A stretch of DNA of 14,629 nt from a virus. The DNA lies in the UHGV virus genome UHGV-0103744; one strand, written 5' to 3'. How positions within the stretch are numbered: the stretch's first letter is position 1; each line of letters begins with the position of its first letter. Positions 7,236 to 14,617 of this stretch are shown here, in pieces. A model generated the notes under the pieces. The model worked only from the letters and a program-made list of their open reading frames with translations. It was not told the origin of the DNA and searched no databases. A program made the translations under genes and the position numbers.

Positions 7236-7775
7236 ATGCAACAACTTATATACCAACAGACTAGCGGATTTAGCCCGACTGCGGTGATAAATCGTTCTCA
7301 AACAAAACAGGTGCCAGGCCACGAAAAAATCCGTGATGCCGTCCGCGCCTGGTCGGCTGAAGATAATCAGGATGTCGTTGCCACACTCATTGTGAATGAG
7401 TATCGGGAGCAGGGCGGCGGCACCATCGATTTCCCTGATGATGTCAGCCGTGCACGCCAGAAGCTGTTCCGCTTCCTTGATAACAAATTCGATTCTGAAA
7501 AATACCGAAATAACGTGCGTGAACTGACCCCGGCAATTCTGGCGGTACTACCGCTGGAATATCGCGGCCACCTGGTTGAGCAGGATATCTTCATGGCTCG
7601 GCTGGCTGAAATGGAAAAGGAACTCAGTGAGGCAAAGCAGGCGGTCATTCTCAACGCCCCACGCCACCAGAAACTGAAGGAGATGAGTGAAGGCATTGTG
7701 TCGATGTTTCGAGTGGACCCGGATCTGGCTGGTCCATTGATGGCGATGGTCACCACCATGCTGGGGGCAATATGA
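7236..7775 (+). CDS. YdaT-like protein in the cII position (179 aa)
   Basis: Strong RBS AAGGAG; motifs IRDAVRAW, QKLFRFLDNKFD and LTPAILAVLPLEYR parallel those I recall in Rac YdaT (PF06254-type); the gene order cro-like then ydaT-like is conserved with Rac. Confidence 0.6.
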   Translation: MQQLIYQQTSGFSPTAVINRSQTKQVPGHEKIRDAVRAWSAEDNQDVVATLIVNEYREQGGGTIDFPDDVSRARQKLFRFLDNKFDSEKYRNNVRELTPAILAVLPLEYRGHLVEQDIFMARLAEMEKELSEAKQAVILNAPRHQKLKEMSEGIVSMFRVDPDLAGPLMAMVTTMLGAI

Positions 7776-7861
7776 CAGGTTCAAAAATGGCGAAAGTCGG
7801 TCTGCGGGAACAGAACCGACTTTCAGGTGCAAATCGTAACACACTCATTGCGGGAGGAATT

Positions 7862-8791
7862 ATGGCAAACACTGCTGAGATATTCAATTTTCCTGTGCCG
7901 GATGCGGCACAAAAGGAGCCGCGCGTGGCAGATCTCGATGATGGTTATACGCGCATTGCAAATGAGTTGCTGGAAGCTGTAATGCTGGCCGGATTAACAC
8001 AGCACCAGCTTCTGGTCTTCCTGGCTGTCATGCGCAAAACATATGGCTTTAATAAAAAACTGGATTGGGTGAGCAACGAGCAACTTTCCGAGTTGACCGG
8101 GATATTGCCGCACAAGTGTTCTGCTGCAAAAAGTGCTCTGGTAAAGCGTGGGATTTTTATTCAGAGCGGGCGGAATATAGGCATTAATAATGTGGTCAGT
8201 GAATGGTCAACATTACCCGAATCAGGTAAGAAAAATAAAGTTTACCTGAAAGAGGTAAATTTACCTGAATCAGGTAAGAAAAGTTTACCCAAATCAGGTA
8301 AAGGCACTTACCCGAATCAGGTAAACACAAAAGACAAACTAACAAAAGACAATATAAAACCTTATTCGTCCGAGAATTCTGGCGAATCCTCTGACCAGCC
8401 AGAAAACGATCTTCCTGTGGTGAAACCGGATGCTGCAATTCAGAGCGGCAGCAAGTGGGGGACAGCAGAAGACCTGACCGCCGCAGAGTGGATGTTTGAC
8501 ATGGTGAAGACCATCGCGCCATCAGCCAGAAAACCGAATTTTGCAGGGTGGGCTAACGATATCCGCCTGATGCGTGAACGTGACGGACGTAACCACCGCG
8601 ATATGTGTGTACTGTTCCGCTGGGCATGCCAGGACAACTTCTGGTCCGGTAACGTGCTAAGTCCGGCCAAACTCCGCGACAAGTGGACCCAACTCGAAAT
8701 CAACCGTAACAAGCAACAGGCTGGCGTGACAGCCGGAAAATCAAAACTCGACCTGACAAACACTGACTGGATTTACGGGGTGGATTTATGA
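7862..8791 (+). CDS. O: Replication initiator O (lambda O-like), ori iterons embedded in the coding sequence
   Basis: N-terminal domain VADLDDGYTRIANELLEAVMLAGLTQHQLLVFLAVMRKTYGFNK... parallels lambda O; contains an iteron-encoded linker (LPESGKK repeats) and is followed by an overlapping P gene. Start taken at the ATG with GGAGG RBS (7862); the track's 7772 start is probably an over-extension. Confidence 0.85.
   Translation: MANTAEIFNFPVPDAAQKEPRVADLDDGYTRIANELLEAVMLAGLTQHQLLVFLAVMRKTYGFNKKLDWVSNEQLSELTGILPHKCSAAKSALVKRGIFIQSGRNIGINNVVSEWSTLPESGKKNKVYLKEVNLPESGKKSLPKSGKGTYPNQVNTKDKLTKDNIKPYSSENSGESSDQPENDLPVVKPDAAIQSGSKWGTAEDLTAAEWMFDMVKTIAPSARKPNFAGWANDIRLMRERDGRNHRDMCVLFRWACQDNFWSGNVLSPAKLRDKWTQLEINRNKQQAGVTAGKSKLDLTNTDWIYGVDL
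8213..8360. repeat. Origin of replication: five 17-bp palindromic iterons plus an adjacent A-rich tract
   Basis: TTACCCGAATCAGGTAA (8213-8229), TTACCTGAAAGAGGTAA (8242-8258, degenerate), TTACCTGAATCAGGTAA (8261-8277), TTACCCAAATCAGGTAA (8285-8301), TTACCCGAATCAGGTAA (8308-8324); followed by acaaaagacaaactaacaaaagacaatataaaacc. Same layout as lambda ori inside O. Confidence 0.8.
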
Positions 8792-9489
8792 AAAACATCG
8801 CCGCACAGATGGTTAACTTTGACCGTGAGCAGATGCGCCGGATCGCCAACAACATGCCGGAACAGTACGACGAAAAGCCGCAGGTACAACAGGTAGCGCA
8901 GATCATCAATGGTGTGTTCAGCCAGTTACTGGCAACTTTCCCGGCGAGCCTGGCTAACCGGGACCAGAACGAACTGAACGAAATCCGCCGCCAGTGGGTT
9001 CTGGCTTTCCGGGAAAACGGGATCACCACGATGGAACAGGTTAACGCAGGAATGCGCGTAGCCCGTCGGCAGAATCGACCATTCCTGCCATCACCCGGGC
9101 AGTTTGTTGCCTGGTGCCGGGAAGAAGCATCCGTTACCGCCGGGCTGCCAAACGCCAGCGAGCTGGTTGATATGGTTTACGAGTATTGCCGGAAGCGTGG
9201 CCTGTATCCGGACGCAGAGTCTTATCCATGGAAATCAAACGCGCACTACTGGCTGGTTACCAACCTGTACCAGAACATGCGGGCCAATGCGCTTACTGAT
9301 GCGGAATTACGGCGCAAGGCTGCCGATGAACTGTCCTGTATGACCGCGCGAATTAACCGTGGTGAGGCGATACCTGAACCAGTAAAACAGCTTCCTGTCA
9401 TGGGCGGTAGACCTCTAAATCGTGCACAGGCTCTGGCGAAGATCGCAGAAATCAAAGCTAAGTTTGGGCTGAAAGGAGCAAGTGTATGA
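8788..9489 (+). CDS. P: Replication protein P (DnaB helicase loader), 233 aa
   Basis: Essentially matches lambda P as I remember it over the full 233 aa (MKNIAAQMVNFDREQMRRIANNMPEQYDEKPQ...); start overlaps the O stop. Confidence 0.93.
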   Translation: MKNIAAQMVNFDREQMRRIANNMPEQYDEKPQVQQVAQIINGVFSQLLATFPASLANRDQNELNEIRRQWVLAFRENGITTMEQVNAGMRVARRQNRPFLPSPGQFVAWCREEASVTAGLPNASELVDMVYEYCRKRGLYPDAESYPWKSNAHYWLVTNLYQNMRANALTDAELRRKAADELSCMTARINRGEAIPEPVKQLPVMGGRPLNRAQALAKIAEIKAKFGLKGASV

Positions 9490-9779
9490 CGGGCAAAGAG
9501 GCAATTATTTATTACCTGGGGACGCATAAGAGCTTCTGTGCGCAGGACGTTGCCGCGGTAACAGGCGCAACAGTAACCAGCATAAATCAGGCTGCGGCTA
9601 AAATGGCGCGGACAGGAATCTTAGTTATTGATGGTAAGGTCTGGCGAACGGTGTATTACCGGTTCGCTACCAGGGAAGAACGGGAAGGAAAGGTGAGCAC
9701 GAATCTGATTTTCAAGGAGTGTCGCCAGAGTGCCGCGATGAAGCGGGTGTTGGCATTTTATCGCGGCAATTTTCAATAG
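9486..9779 (+). CDS. ren: Ren-like protein (97 aa)
   Basis: MTGKEAIIYYLGTHKSFCAQDVAAVTGATVTSINQAAAKMARTGILVIDGKVWRTVYYRFATREEREGK... matches lambda Ren from memory; start overlaps the P stop. Confidence 0.85.
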   Translation: MTGKEAIIYYLGTHKSFCAQDVAAVTGATVTSINQAAAKMARTGILVIDGKVWRTVYYRFATREEREGKVSTNLIFKECRQSAAMKRVLAFYRGNFQ

Positions 9780-9815
9780 ACTATGTACATAAAAATATCA
9801 TTTTTTAATACATGT

Positions 9816-10007
9816 CTAATTATTGGACGAAATTGGTTTTTGCTTTGGTTTAGTTAGCCTAGCAATCAAGCCAGAGGCAATAATGATGATCCAAGCAATT
9901 TGATGCAATGCTACTCCAATATAAGAACCTTTATAGATAATAAAGGCATAGATCGCTAGAAACGAAATAAATATCCATAACGAAAGTTGATAAATTTTGG
10001 CGCGCAT
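9816..10007 (-). CDS. Possible small hydrophobic membrane protein (63 aa from first ATG), opposite strand, in AT-rich cargo
   Basis: Two hydrophobic stretches (LSLWIFISFLAIYAFIIY and IAWIIIIASGLIA); AT-rich context; the track start (10022) is a TTG and no convincing RBS is seen, so this may not be a real gene. Confidence 0.3.
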   Translation of the reverse strand: MRAKIYQLSLWIFISFLAIYAFIIYKGSYIGVALHQIAWIIIIASGLIARLTKPKQKPISSNN

Positions 10008-10263
10008 ATTTAATCCAATCAATCAGAAAGACGAGTAATCATAGAGGTACTATCACCCGGGTAACTATTGCTATTATGAACGGATAGGATAGAGGCTTCA
10101 ATAACATATGCATCAAGTATGATGGAATATGTAGATGAAAATGACTTGTGTCAAATTTGTGGAAATGAGTACCATGTTTCTCTGAAATTGATGTCGTTAA
10201 TGGCTAGTGATAGTGAACTTTTTTACTTTATAATTCCTTTGGTTATAACAATAAGGTAAATTT

Positions 10264-10824
10264 ATGAAGAAGATAATATTATTAGCCATGATTATTGGTT
10301 CTTTAACAGGTTGCGCTAGTGTGCCACCATTGAATTTTTCAACACCTAACGTGGGAGTTAGCCAGAAAAAAATAGATGCTGAAATTAAGTCATTAACGGT
10401 ATCACTTGCTCGTCCAGATGAGCAGAAAGGGGATATCACTGCTGGTATGGAGGCTATAACTCCAATTTGGCGTGAATCTTTGCAGGAAGCACTCGACCGA
10501 ATGACTATTTTTCGTGATAGTTCACCAAATACGGTTAGCTTAAATGTTAAAGTGTTGGCTCTTGACGTTCCTGCTTTTGGTGTTTCAATGACAACTAAAG
10601 CAATTGCAAGGTATGAAATAATCAACCGTGCGAATGGTGATATTATATATACGCAGGATATTGAGTCTACCGGCACTGTTCCAGCCAGTTACGCATTCTA
10701 CGGTATTGTTCGAGCACGCGAATCTGTTAATCGCGCGGTGCAAAACAACATAACGCAGTTCTTGCAAGCATTAGAAAGTGTTGATCTTTCTCGTCCAATG
10801 TTTCCTGTTAGGGTAGCTAAATGA
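10264..10824 (+). CDS. Predicted lipoprotein (186 aa), cargo gene 1
   Basis: Signal peptide with lipobox MKKIILLAMIIGSLTG-C; AT-rich codon usage; stop overlaps the start of the next lipoprotein gene (ATGA). No family recognised. Confidence 0.7.
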   Translation: MKKIILLAMIIGSLTGCASVPPLNFSTPNVGVSQKKIDAEIKSLTVSLARPDEQKGDITAGMEAITPIWRESLQEALDRMTIFRDSSPNTVSLNVKVLALDVPAFGVSMTTKAIARYEIINRANGDIIYTQDIESTGTVPASYAFYGIVRARESVNRAVQNNITQFLQALESVDLSRPMFPVRVAK

Positions 10825-11273
10825 AGCGATTATTCGTAATTGCTCCACTCTTAGTGTTGGTTGGATGCGCACAAAATATATCGCCAAATAGTTATTCTGT
10901 TGGCTCTGTGGGCATGGTTAATCGAACTATCGCTGGTACAGTTATTAGTGCCAGGGGGGTTGATATCAGTGGGACTTCCGCGTTAGGCGGGACTGCTGGG
11001 GCTGCCGTGGGGGCAACCGCTGGTTCTGCGCTTGGTGGGGGAGTTCGTTCTAATATCGTTGGTGCCGTTGGTGGTGCAGTCATTGGTGGTATTGCCGGGG
11101 CAGCAATCGAATCTTCAGCAACAAAACAAACAGGCATGGAATATGTTGTCGAAACTGAGAATGGGAATTTAATGACCATTGTTCAAGGCAAAGATCCGTT
11201 ATTTACTCAAGGAAGTAAGGTCCTTGTTTTATACGGAAACCCTTCTCGCATAATAACAGACCCGCGTCACTAA
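10821..11273 (+). CDS. Predicted glycine-zipper lipoprotein (150 aa; SlyB/Pcp-like architecture), cargo gene 2
   Basis: Lipobox MKRLFVIAPLLVLVG-C; long Gly/Ala-rich zipper GTSALGGTAGAAVGATAGSALGGGVRSNIVGAVGGAVIGGIAGAAI typical of Gly-zipper outer-membrane lipoproteins; translationally coupled to the upstream gene. Confidence 0.7.
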   Translation: MKRLFVIAPLLVLVGCAQNISPNSYSVGSVGMVNRTIAGTVISARGVDISGTSALGGTAGAAVGATAGSALGGGVRSNIVGAVGGAVIGGIAGAAIESSATKQTGMEYVVETENGNLMTIVQGKDPLFTQGSKVLVLYGNPSRIITDPRH

Positions 11274-11313
11274 CATACCTTTTGATTTTGTAAAATCAAT
11301 TCGTAATAATAAA

Positions 11314-11342
11314 GTCATCGGAGCTTGAACAACTCCGGTGAC
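11314..11342. terminator. Long hairpin after the lipoprotein pair; candidate (possibly bidirectional) terminator
   Basis: 10-bp stem gtcatcggag / ctccggtgac (one G-U) with 9-nt loop; flanked by an A-rich tract on the + strand upstream (T-rich on the - strand) but with no T-tract on the + strand downstream, so + strand termination efficiency is doubtful. Confidence 0.35.
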
Positions 11343-11463
11343 TTCTGCGCTAAACGGGGACGTTTATGCGCACATACAATCCAAACTCTCTTCTCCCTTC
11401 ACAGATGCAGAAATGCACCTGCGATTTTTTGTATCCTGCGTTTGACCTCTGCGGAGGTGAAGC

Positions 11464-11919
11464 GTGAACCTCCCACAAGACGGCATCAAATTACATCGCG
11501 GCAACTTCACCGCTATCGGCCAGCAGATCCAGCCTTATCTGGAGGACGGAAAATGCTTTCGCATGGTGCTTAAACCGTGGCGCGAGAGACGCAGTCTTTC
11601 CCAGAATGCACTCAGCCACATGTGGTACAGCGAAATCAGTGAATACCTCATCAGCAGGGGTAAAACGTTCGCCACTCCAGCTTGGGTAAAAGATGCTCTC
11701 AAACACACATATCTCGGTTATGAAACCAAAGACCTGGTTGATGTCGTAACCGGTGATATCACCACTATCCAGTCGTTACGCCATACCTCCGATCTTGATA
11801 CCGGAGAGATGTATGTCTTCCTGTGTAAGGTTGAAGCCTGGGCGATGAATATTGGCTGCCACCTGACTATTCCGCCGAGCTGCGAGTTCCAGCTGCTGCG
11901 CGATAAGCAGGAGGCGTAA
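11464..11919 (+). CDS. ybcN: YbcN-like DUF1367 protein in the ninB position (151 aa, GTG start)
   Basis: Matches my memory of DLP12 YbcN ([19 protein letters not shown]...[20 protein letters not shown]...); GGAGGTG RBS before the GTG; followed by ninE, ybcO and rusA in DLP12 order. Confidence 0.7.
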   Translation: MNLPQDGIKLHRGNFTAIGQQIQPYLEDGKCFRMVLKPWRERRSLSQNALSHMWYSEISEYLISRGKTFATPAWVKDALKHTYLGYETKDLVDVVTGDITTIQSLRHTSDLDTGEMYVFLCKVEAWAMNIGCHLTIPPSCEFQLLRDKQEA

Positions 11920-12089
11920 TGGCTACACCGCTTATTCGTGTCATGAACGGACACATCTACAGAGTACCAAATCGTCGTAAGCGTAAACCTGAGCTGAAGC
12001 CATCCGAAATACCAACACTGCTCGGATATACCGCCAGCTTGGTTGATAAAAAATGGTTGCGACTGGCAGCAAGGAGGAGTCATGGCTGA
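11919..12089 (+). CDS. ninE: NinE-like small protein (56 aa); not in the supplied ORF track because it is under 60 aa
   Basis: My own translation from the ATG at 11919 (overlapping the ybcN TAA): [56 protein letters not shown]; matches my memory of DLP12 NinE; overlaps the ybcO start. Confidence 0.65.
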   Translation: MATPLIRVMNGHIYRVPNRRKRKPELKPSEIPTLLGYTASLVDKKWLRLAARRSHG

Positions 12090-12372
12090 TTTGAGAAAAG
12101 CAGCGCGTGGTCGGGAATGCCAGGTAAGAATCCCTGGCGTATGTAATGGCAACCCTGAAACGTCTGTACTGGCACATATCCGGCTGACTGGATTGTGCGG
12201 CACCGGTACGAAACCGCCAGACCTGATTGCCACCATTGCATGTTCTGCCTGCCACGACGAAATCGACCGCCGCACGCATTTTGTTGACGCTGGATATGCA
12301 AAAGAATGCGCGCTGGAAGGTATGGCGAGAACGCAGGTTATCTGGCTGAAAGAGGGGGTAATTAAGGCGTGA
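12082..12372 (+). CDS. ybcO: YbcO-like DUF1364 protein (96 aa), Cys/His-rich putative metal-binding nuclease
   Basis: [62 protein letters not shown]... with AGGAGG RBS; the track's longer 109-aa ORF is probably an over-extension. Confidence 0.8.
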   Translation: MADLRKAARGRECQVRIPGVCNGNPETSVLAHIRLTGLCGTGTKPPDLIATIACSACHDEIDRRTHFVDAGYAKECALEGMARTQVIWLKEGVIKA

Positions 12373-12731
12373 ATACTTACCACATCACACTACCCTGGCC
12401 TCCGAGCAATAATCGCTATTACCGCCATAATCGCGGGCGCACGCACGTCAGCGCAGAGGGGCAGGCATACCGCGATAACGTCGCCCGAATCATTAAAAAC
12501 GCAATGCTGGATATCGGCCTGGCTATGCCTGTGAAAATCCGTATTGAGTGCCACATGCCGGATCGCCGTCGCCGTGACCTGGATAATCTGCAAAAAGCCG
12601 CTTTTGACGCACTCACCAAAGCAGGTTTCTGGCTGGATGATGTTCAGGTCGTTGATTACCGTGTTGTGAAGATGCCCGTTACCAAAGGTGGGAAGCTGGA
12701 GCTGACCATCACTGAACTGGGGAATGAATGA
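12369..12731 (+). CDS. rusA: Holliday junction resolvase RusA (120 aa)
   Basis: Near-identical to E. coli RusA as I recall it ([41 protein letters not shown]...[22 protein letters not shown]..); GTG start overlapping the ybcO stop. Confidence 0.93.
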   Translation: MNTYHITLPWPPSNNRYYRHNRGRTHVSAEGQAYRDNVARIIKNAMLDIGLAMPVKIRIECHMPDRRRRDLDNLQKAAFDALTKAGFWLDDVQVVDYRVVKMPVTKGGKLELTITELGNE

Positions 12732-12868
12732 TGTTTGAGTCTTATATGGCAGAACGTCTTCGCCACCGCTGGATGCGCCTGCGCTTATATCGTTTCCCCG
12801 GTTCTGTTTTGACCGATTACCGGATACTGAAGAATTACGCCAAAACACTGAAAGGAGCTGCCGCATGA
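12728..12868 (+). CDS. ylcG: YlcG-like small protein (46 aa); not in the supplied ORF track
   Basis: My own translation: [46 protein letters not shown]; overlaps the rusA stop and the Q start (ATGA); same position as DLP12 ylcG. Confidence 0.6.
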   Translation: MMFESYMAERLRHRWMRLRLYRFPGSVLTDYRILKNYAKTLKGAAA

Positions 12869-13554
12869 ATACCCAATATTTACAGTATGTCCGCGAGCAA
12901 CTCATTGTGGCTACTGCTGATTTGAGCGGAGCAACGAAAGGCCAGCTTGAAGCCTGGCTGGAGCATGCACAATTTGATACTGGTACATATAAACGAAAGA
13001 AGCCGCGCATTCTGGATGAGGTAACGGGCAAGATGATTACGCTGGATAATCCGCCGATTTCCGGTAAACAGTCGTACGCAAAAGGTTCATCTGTCGCCCT
13101 GATCAGTCCGGTCGAGTTTTCAACCTCTTCATGGCGCCGCGCTGTTCTGTCTCTCGATGAGCATCAGAAAGCATGGTTGCTGTGGAGTTACAGTGAAAAT
13201 ATTCGCTGGGAGCATCAGGTTGCCATAACGCAGTGGGCATGGAGCGAGTTTAAGACTCTGTTGGGTACCAGAAAAATTGCAGGTAAGACACTGGAACGCC
13301 TGAAGAAGTTGATCTGGCTGGCGGCACAGGATGTGAAGAGCGAACTGGCAGGGCGTGAGGCTTATGAATACCAGGAACTGGCGTCACTGGTGGGAGTGAC
13401 ATCAAAAAACTGGTCTGAGACATTCACTGAACGCTGGGTTGCAATGAAGCACATTTTTCTACAGCTTGATAGCGAAGCTTTATTGCTTCTAACGAGAACA
13501 CGTTCAAAACAAAAGGCGACATTTTCACAGCAAAATATTGCAAAACTGGATTAA
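12865..13554 (+). CDS. Late-gene antiterminator Q-like protein (229 aa)
   Basis: Position (last gene before the PR'/tR'-like region and lysis genes) and size fit the larger Q family of lambdoid prophages; sequence is not lambda Q. Assignment is positional plus weak family recall. Confidence 0.55.
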   Translation: MNTQYLQYVREQLIVATADLSGATKGQLEAWLEHAQFDTGTYKRKKPRILDEVTGKMITLDNPPISGKQSYAKGSSVALISPVEFSTSSWRRAVLSLDEHQKAWLLWSYSENIRWEHQVAITQWAWSEFKTLLGTRKIAGKTLERLKKLIWLAAQDVKSELAGREAYEYQELASLVGVTSKNWSETFTERWVAMKHIFLQLDSEALLLLTRTRSKQKATFSQQNIAKLD

Positions 13555-13735
13555 AAAGCATATATTTCATATAAATCTGATATTTTGCCAATGTTGTACG
13601 CACTGGCAGTAATCCAAATTCAAGCTCGAGGTTTAAAGCCTTGGGCTTTTCTGTTTCTGGGCGGTGAGTATCCTTCCAACGTACCCCAGCCAGGGTGTCT
13701 TCAGCTGTTGAGTTGATATTGCTTAACCCTCTGTT

Positions 13736-13760
13736 GCCAGCTACATGCTGGCTTTTTTAT
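13736..13760 (+). terminator. tR'-like intrinsic terminator between Q and the lysis genes
   Basis: Hairpin GCCAGC-tacat-GCTGGC (13736-13752) followed by TTTTTTATT; located in the 310-bp Q-holin intergenic region where lambdoid phages carry PR', qut and tR'. Confidence 0.65.
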
Positions 13761-13863
13761 TCCAGGCTTGCGGGGAGCATCAACTCCGTGCTTTGTCGTT
13801 AAATTACCCCGTGAGCCTGATTTCTGACATTTAACGTCCCGGCCTTTTGTCGGCGGCGAAACA

Positions 13864-14181
13864 TTGGCTATTCATATGCACGAAAAAGAGAGCCTTGCCG
13901 GAGCGTTCTGGCTCGTTTTGCTGATCATCGCAGGTTGGGGCGGTCTGGTCCGCTACCTGATAGATGTGAAGCAGAGCAAGGCAACATGGAGCTTGATCAA
14001 TGCTCTTGCCCAAATGGTGGTTTCAGGGTTTACCGGCGTTATTGCTGGCCTGGTGAGCATTGAAAGCGGACTGAGCATTTACATGATTCTGGCAACCGCG
14101 GGGATAAGCGGAGCGATGGGCTCCGTAGCGTTGACCTATTTCTGGGAACGTCTGACGGGGATTAAAGATGCAAATCAGTAA
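13864..14181 (+). CDS. S: Holin, lambda S / P22 gp13 family (105 aa), possible dual-start motif
   Basis: Three hydrophobic segments (FWLVLLIIAGWGG; MVVSGFTGVIAGLV; IYMILATAGISGAMGSVAL), charged C-terminal tail ending KDANQ like P22 gp13; two Met codons at residues 1 and 5 (MAIHMHEK); immediately upstream of and overlapping the endolysin. Confidence 0.75.
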   Translation: MAIHMHEKESLAGAFWLVLLIIAGWGGLVRYLIDVKQSKATWSLINALAQMVVSGFTGVIAGLVSIESGLSIYMILATAGISGAMGSVALTYFWERLTGIKDANQ

Positions 14182-14617
14182 TAACGGTATTGCGCTGATT
14201 AAGCGATTTGAGGGTTGCAGGTTAACTGCATATCCCGACCCGGGCACCGGCGGTGGTCCCTGGACGATTGGCTACGGCTGGACGGGGAAAGTAGACGGAA
14301 AGCCTATCAAGCCCGGAATGAAGATTGACGACGCAACGGCGGATCGCCTGCTGCGCACTGGCGTGGTGAGCTTTGACCAGGCGGTAAGCAAGATGCTCAA
14401 GGTCTCCGTTACCCAGAACCAGTATGACGCGCTTGTGTCGCTGGCCTACAACATCGGTACGCGAGCGTTATCTACATCAACGCTGATGAAGAAGCTGAAT
14501 GCAGGTGATGTGAAAGGTGCCGCTGACGCATTCTTGAGCTGGAACCGTTCAGGCGGCAAGGTAATGGCTGGCCTCACCAATCGTCGCAAGGCAGAGCGGG
14601 AAGTCTTTTTATCGTGA
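14168..14617 (+). CDS. R: Endolysin, GH24 T4/P22-type lysozyme (149 aa)
   Basis: N-terminal catalytic region IALIKRFEGCRLTAYPDP...TIGYGWTG and ending REVFLS closely parallel P22 gp19 lysozyme from memory. Confidence 0.9.
   Translation: MQISNNGIALIKRFEGCRLTAYPDPGTGGGPWTIGYGWTGKVDGKPIKPGMKIDDATADRLLRTGVVSFDQAVSKMLKVSVTQNQYDALVSLAYNIGTRALSTSTLMKKLNAGDVKGAADAFLSWNRSGGKVMAGLTNRRKAEREVFLS

Noticed and set aside
7367-7844. - strand ORFs (130 and 98 aa) inside the ydaT-like gene
   Set aside because: Antisense to a gene with a strong RBS and family motifs; no supporting signals.
7772-7861. N-terminal extension of O (MTGSKMAKVGLREQ...)
   Set aside because: No RBS, whereas the ATG at 7862 has a GGAGG at ideal spacing; the extension would also run through the conserved hairpin.
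8213-8324. Short direct repeats that could be taken for a CRISPR array
   Set aside because: Only five 17-bp palindromic repeats with 7- to 12-bp spacers, located inside an O-like gene; this is the classic ori iteron layout, not a CRISPR array.
8196-9029. - strand ORFs (108, 107 and 109 aa) overlapping O and P
   Set aside because: Antisense to highly confident O and P; one of them simply reads the iteron array backwards.
10197-10767. - strand ORFs (159 and 60 aa) overlapping the first lipoprotein gene
   Set aside because: Antisense to a CDS with a canonical lipoprotein signal peptide; AT-rich sequence generates long spurious frames.
10892-11179. - strand 95-aa Pro/Ala-rich ORF
   Set aside because: Reverse-complement reading of the Gly/Ala-zipper codons of the second lipoprotein (GGN becomes NCC); an artefact.
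11325-11573. + strand 82-aa ORF upstream of and overlapping the ybcN-like start
   Set aside because: Begins inside the terminator-like hairpin and overlaps the better-supported ybcN-like gene in another frame.
11718-13031. Long - strand ORFs (221, 112, 73, 213 and 66 aa) across the nin block
   Set aside because: Antisense to ybcO, rusA, ylcG and Q, which match known families and are translationally coupled; GC-rich regions commonly give long antisense frames.
13831-14247. - strand ORFs (60 and 74 aa) overlapping the holin gene
   Set aside because: Antisense to a holin with a clear topology signature and an overlapping endolysin; no support.
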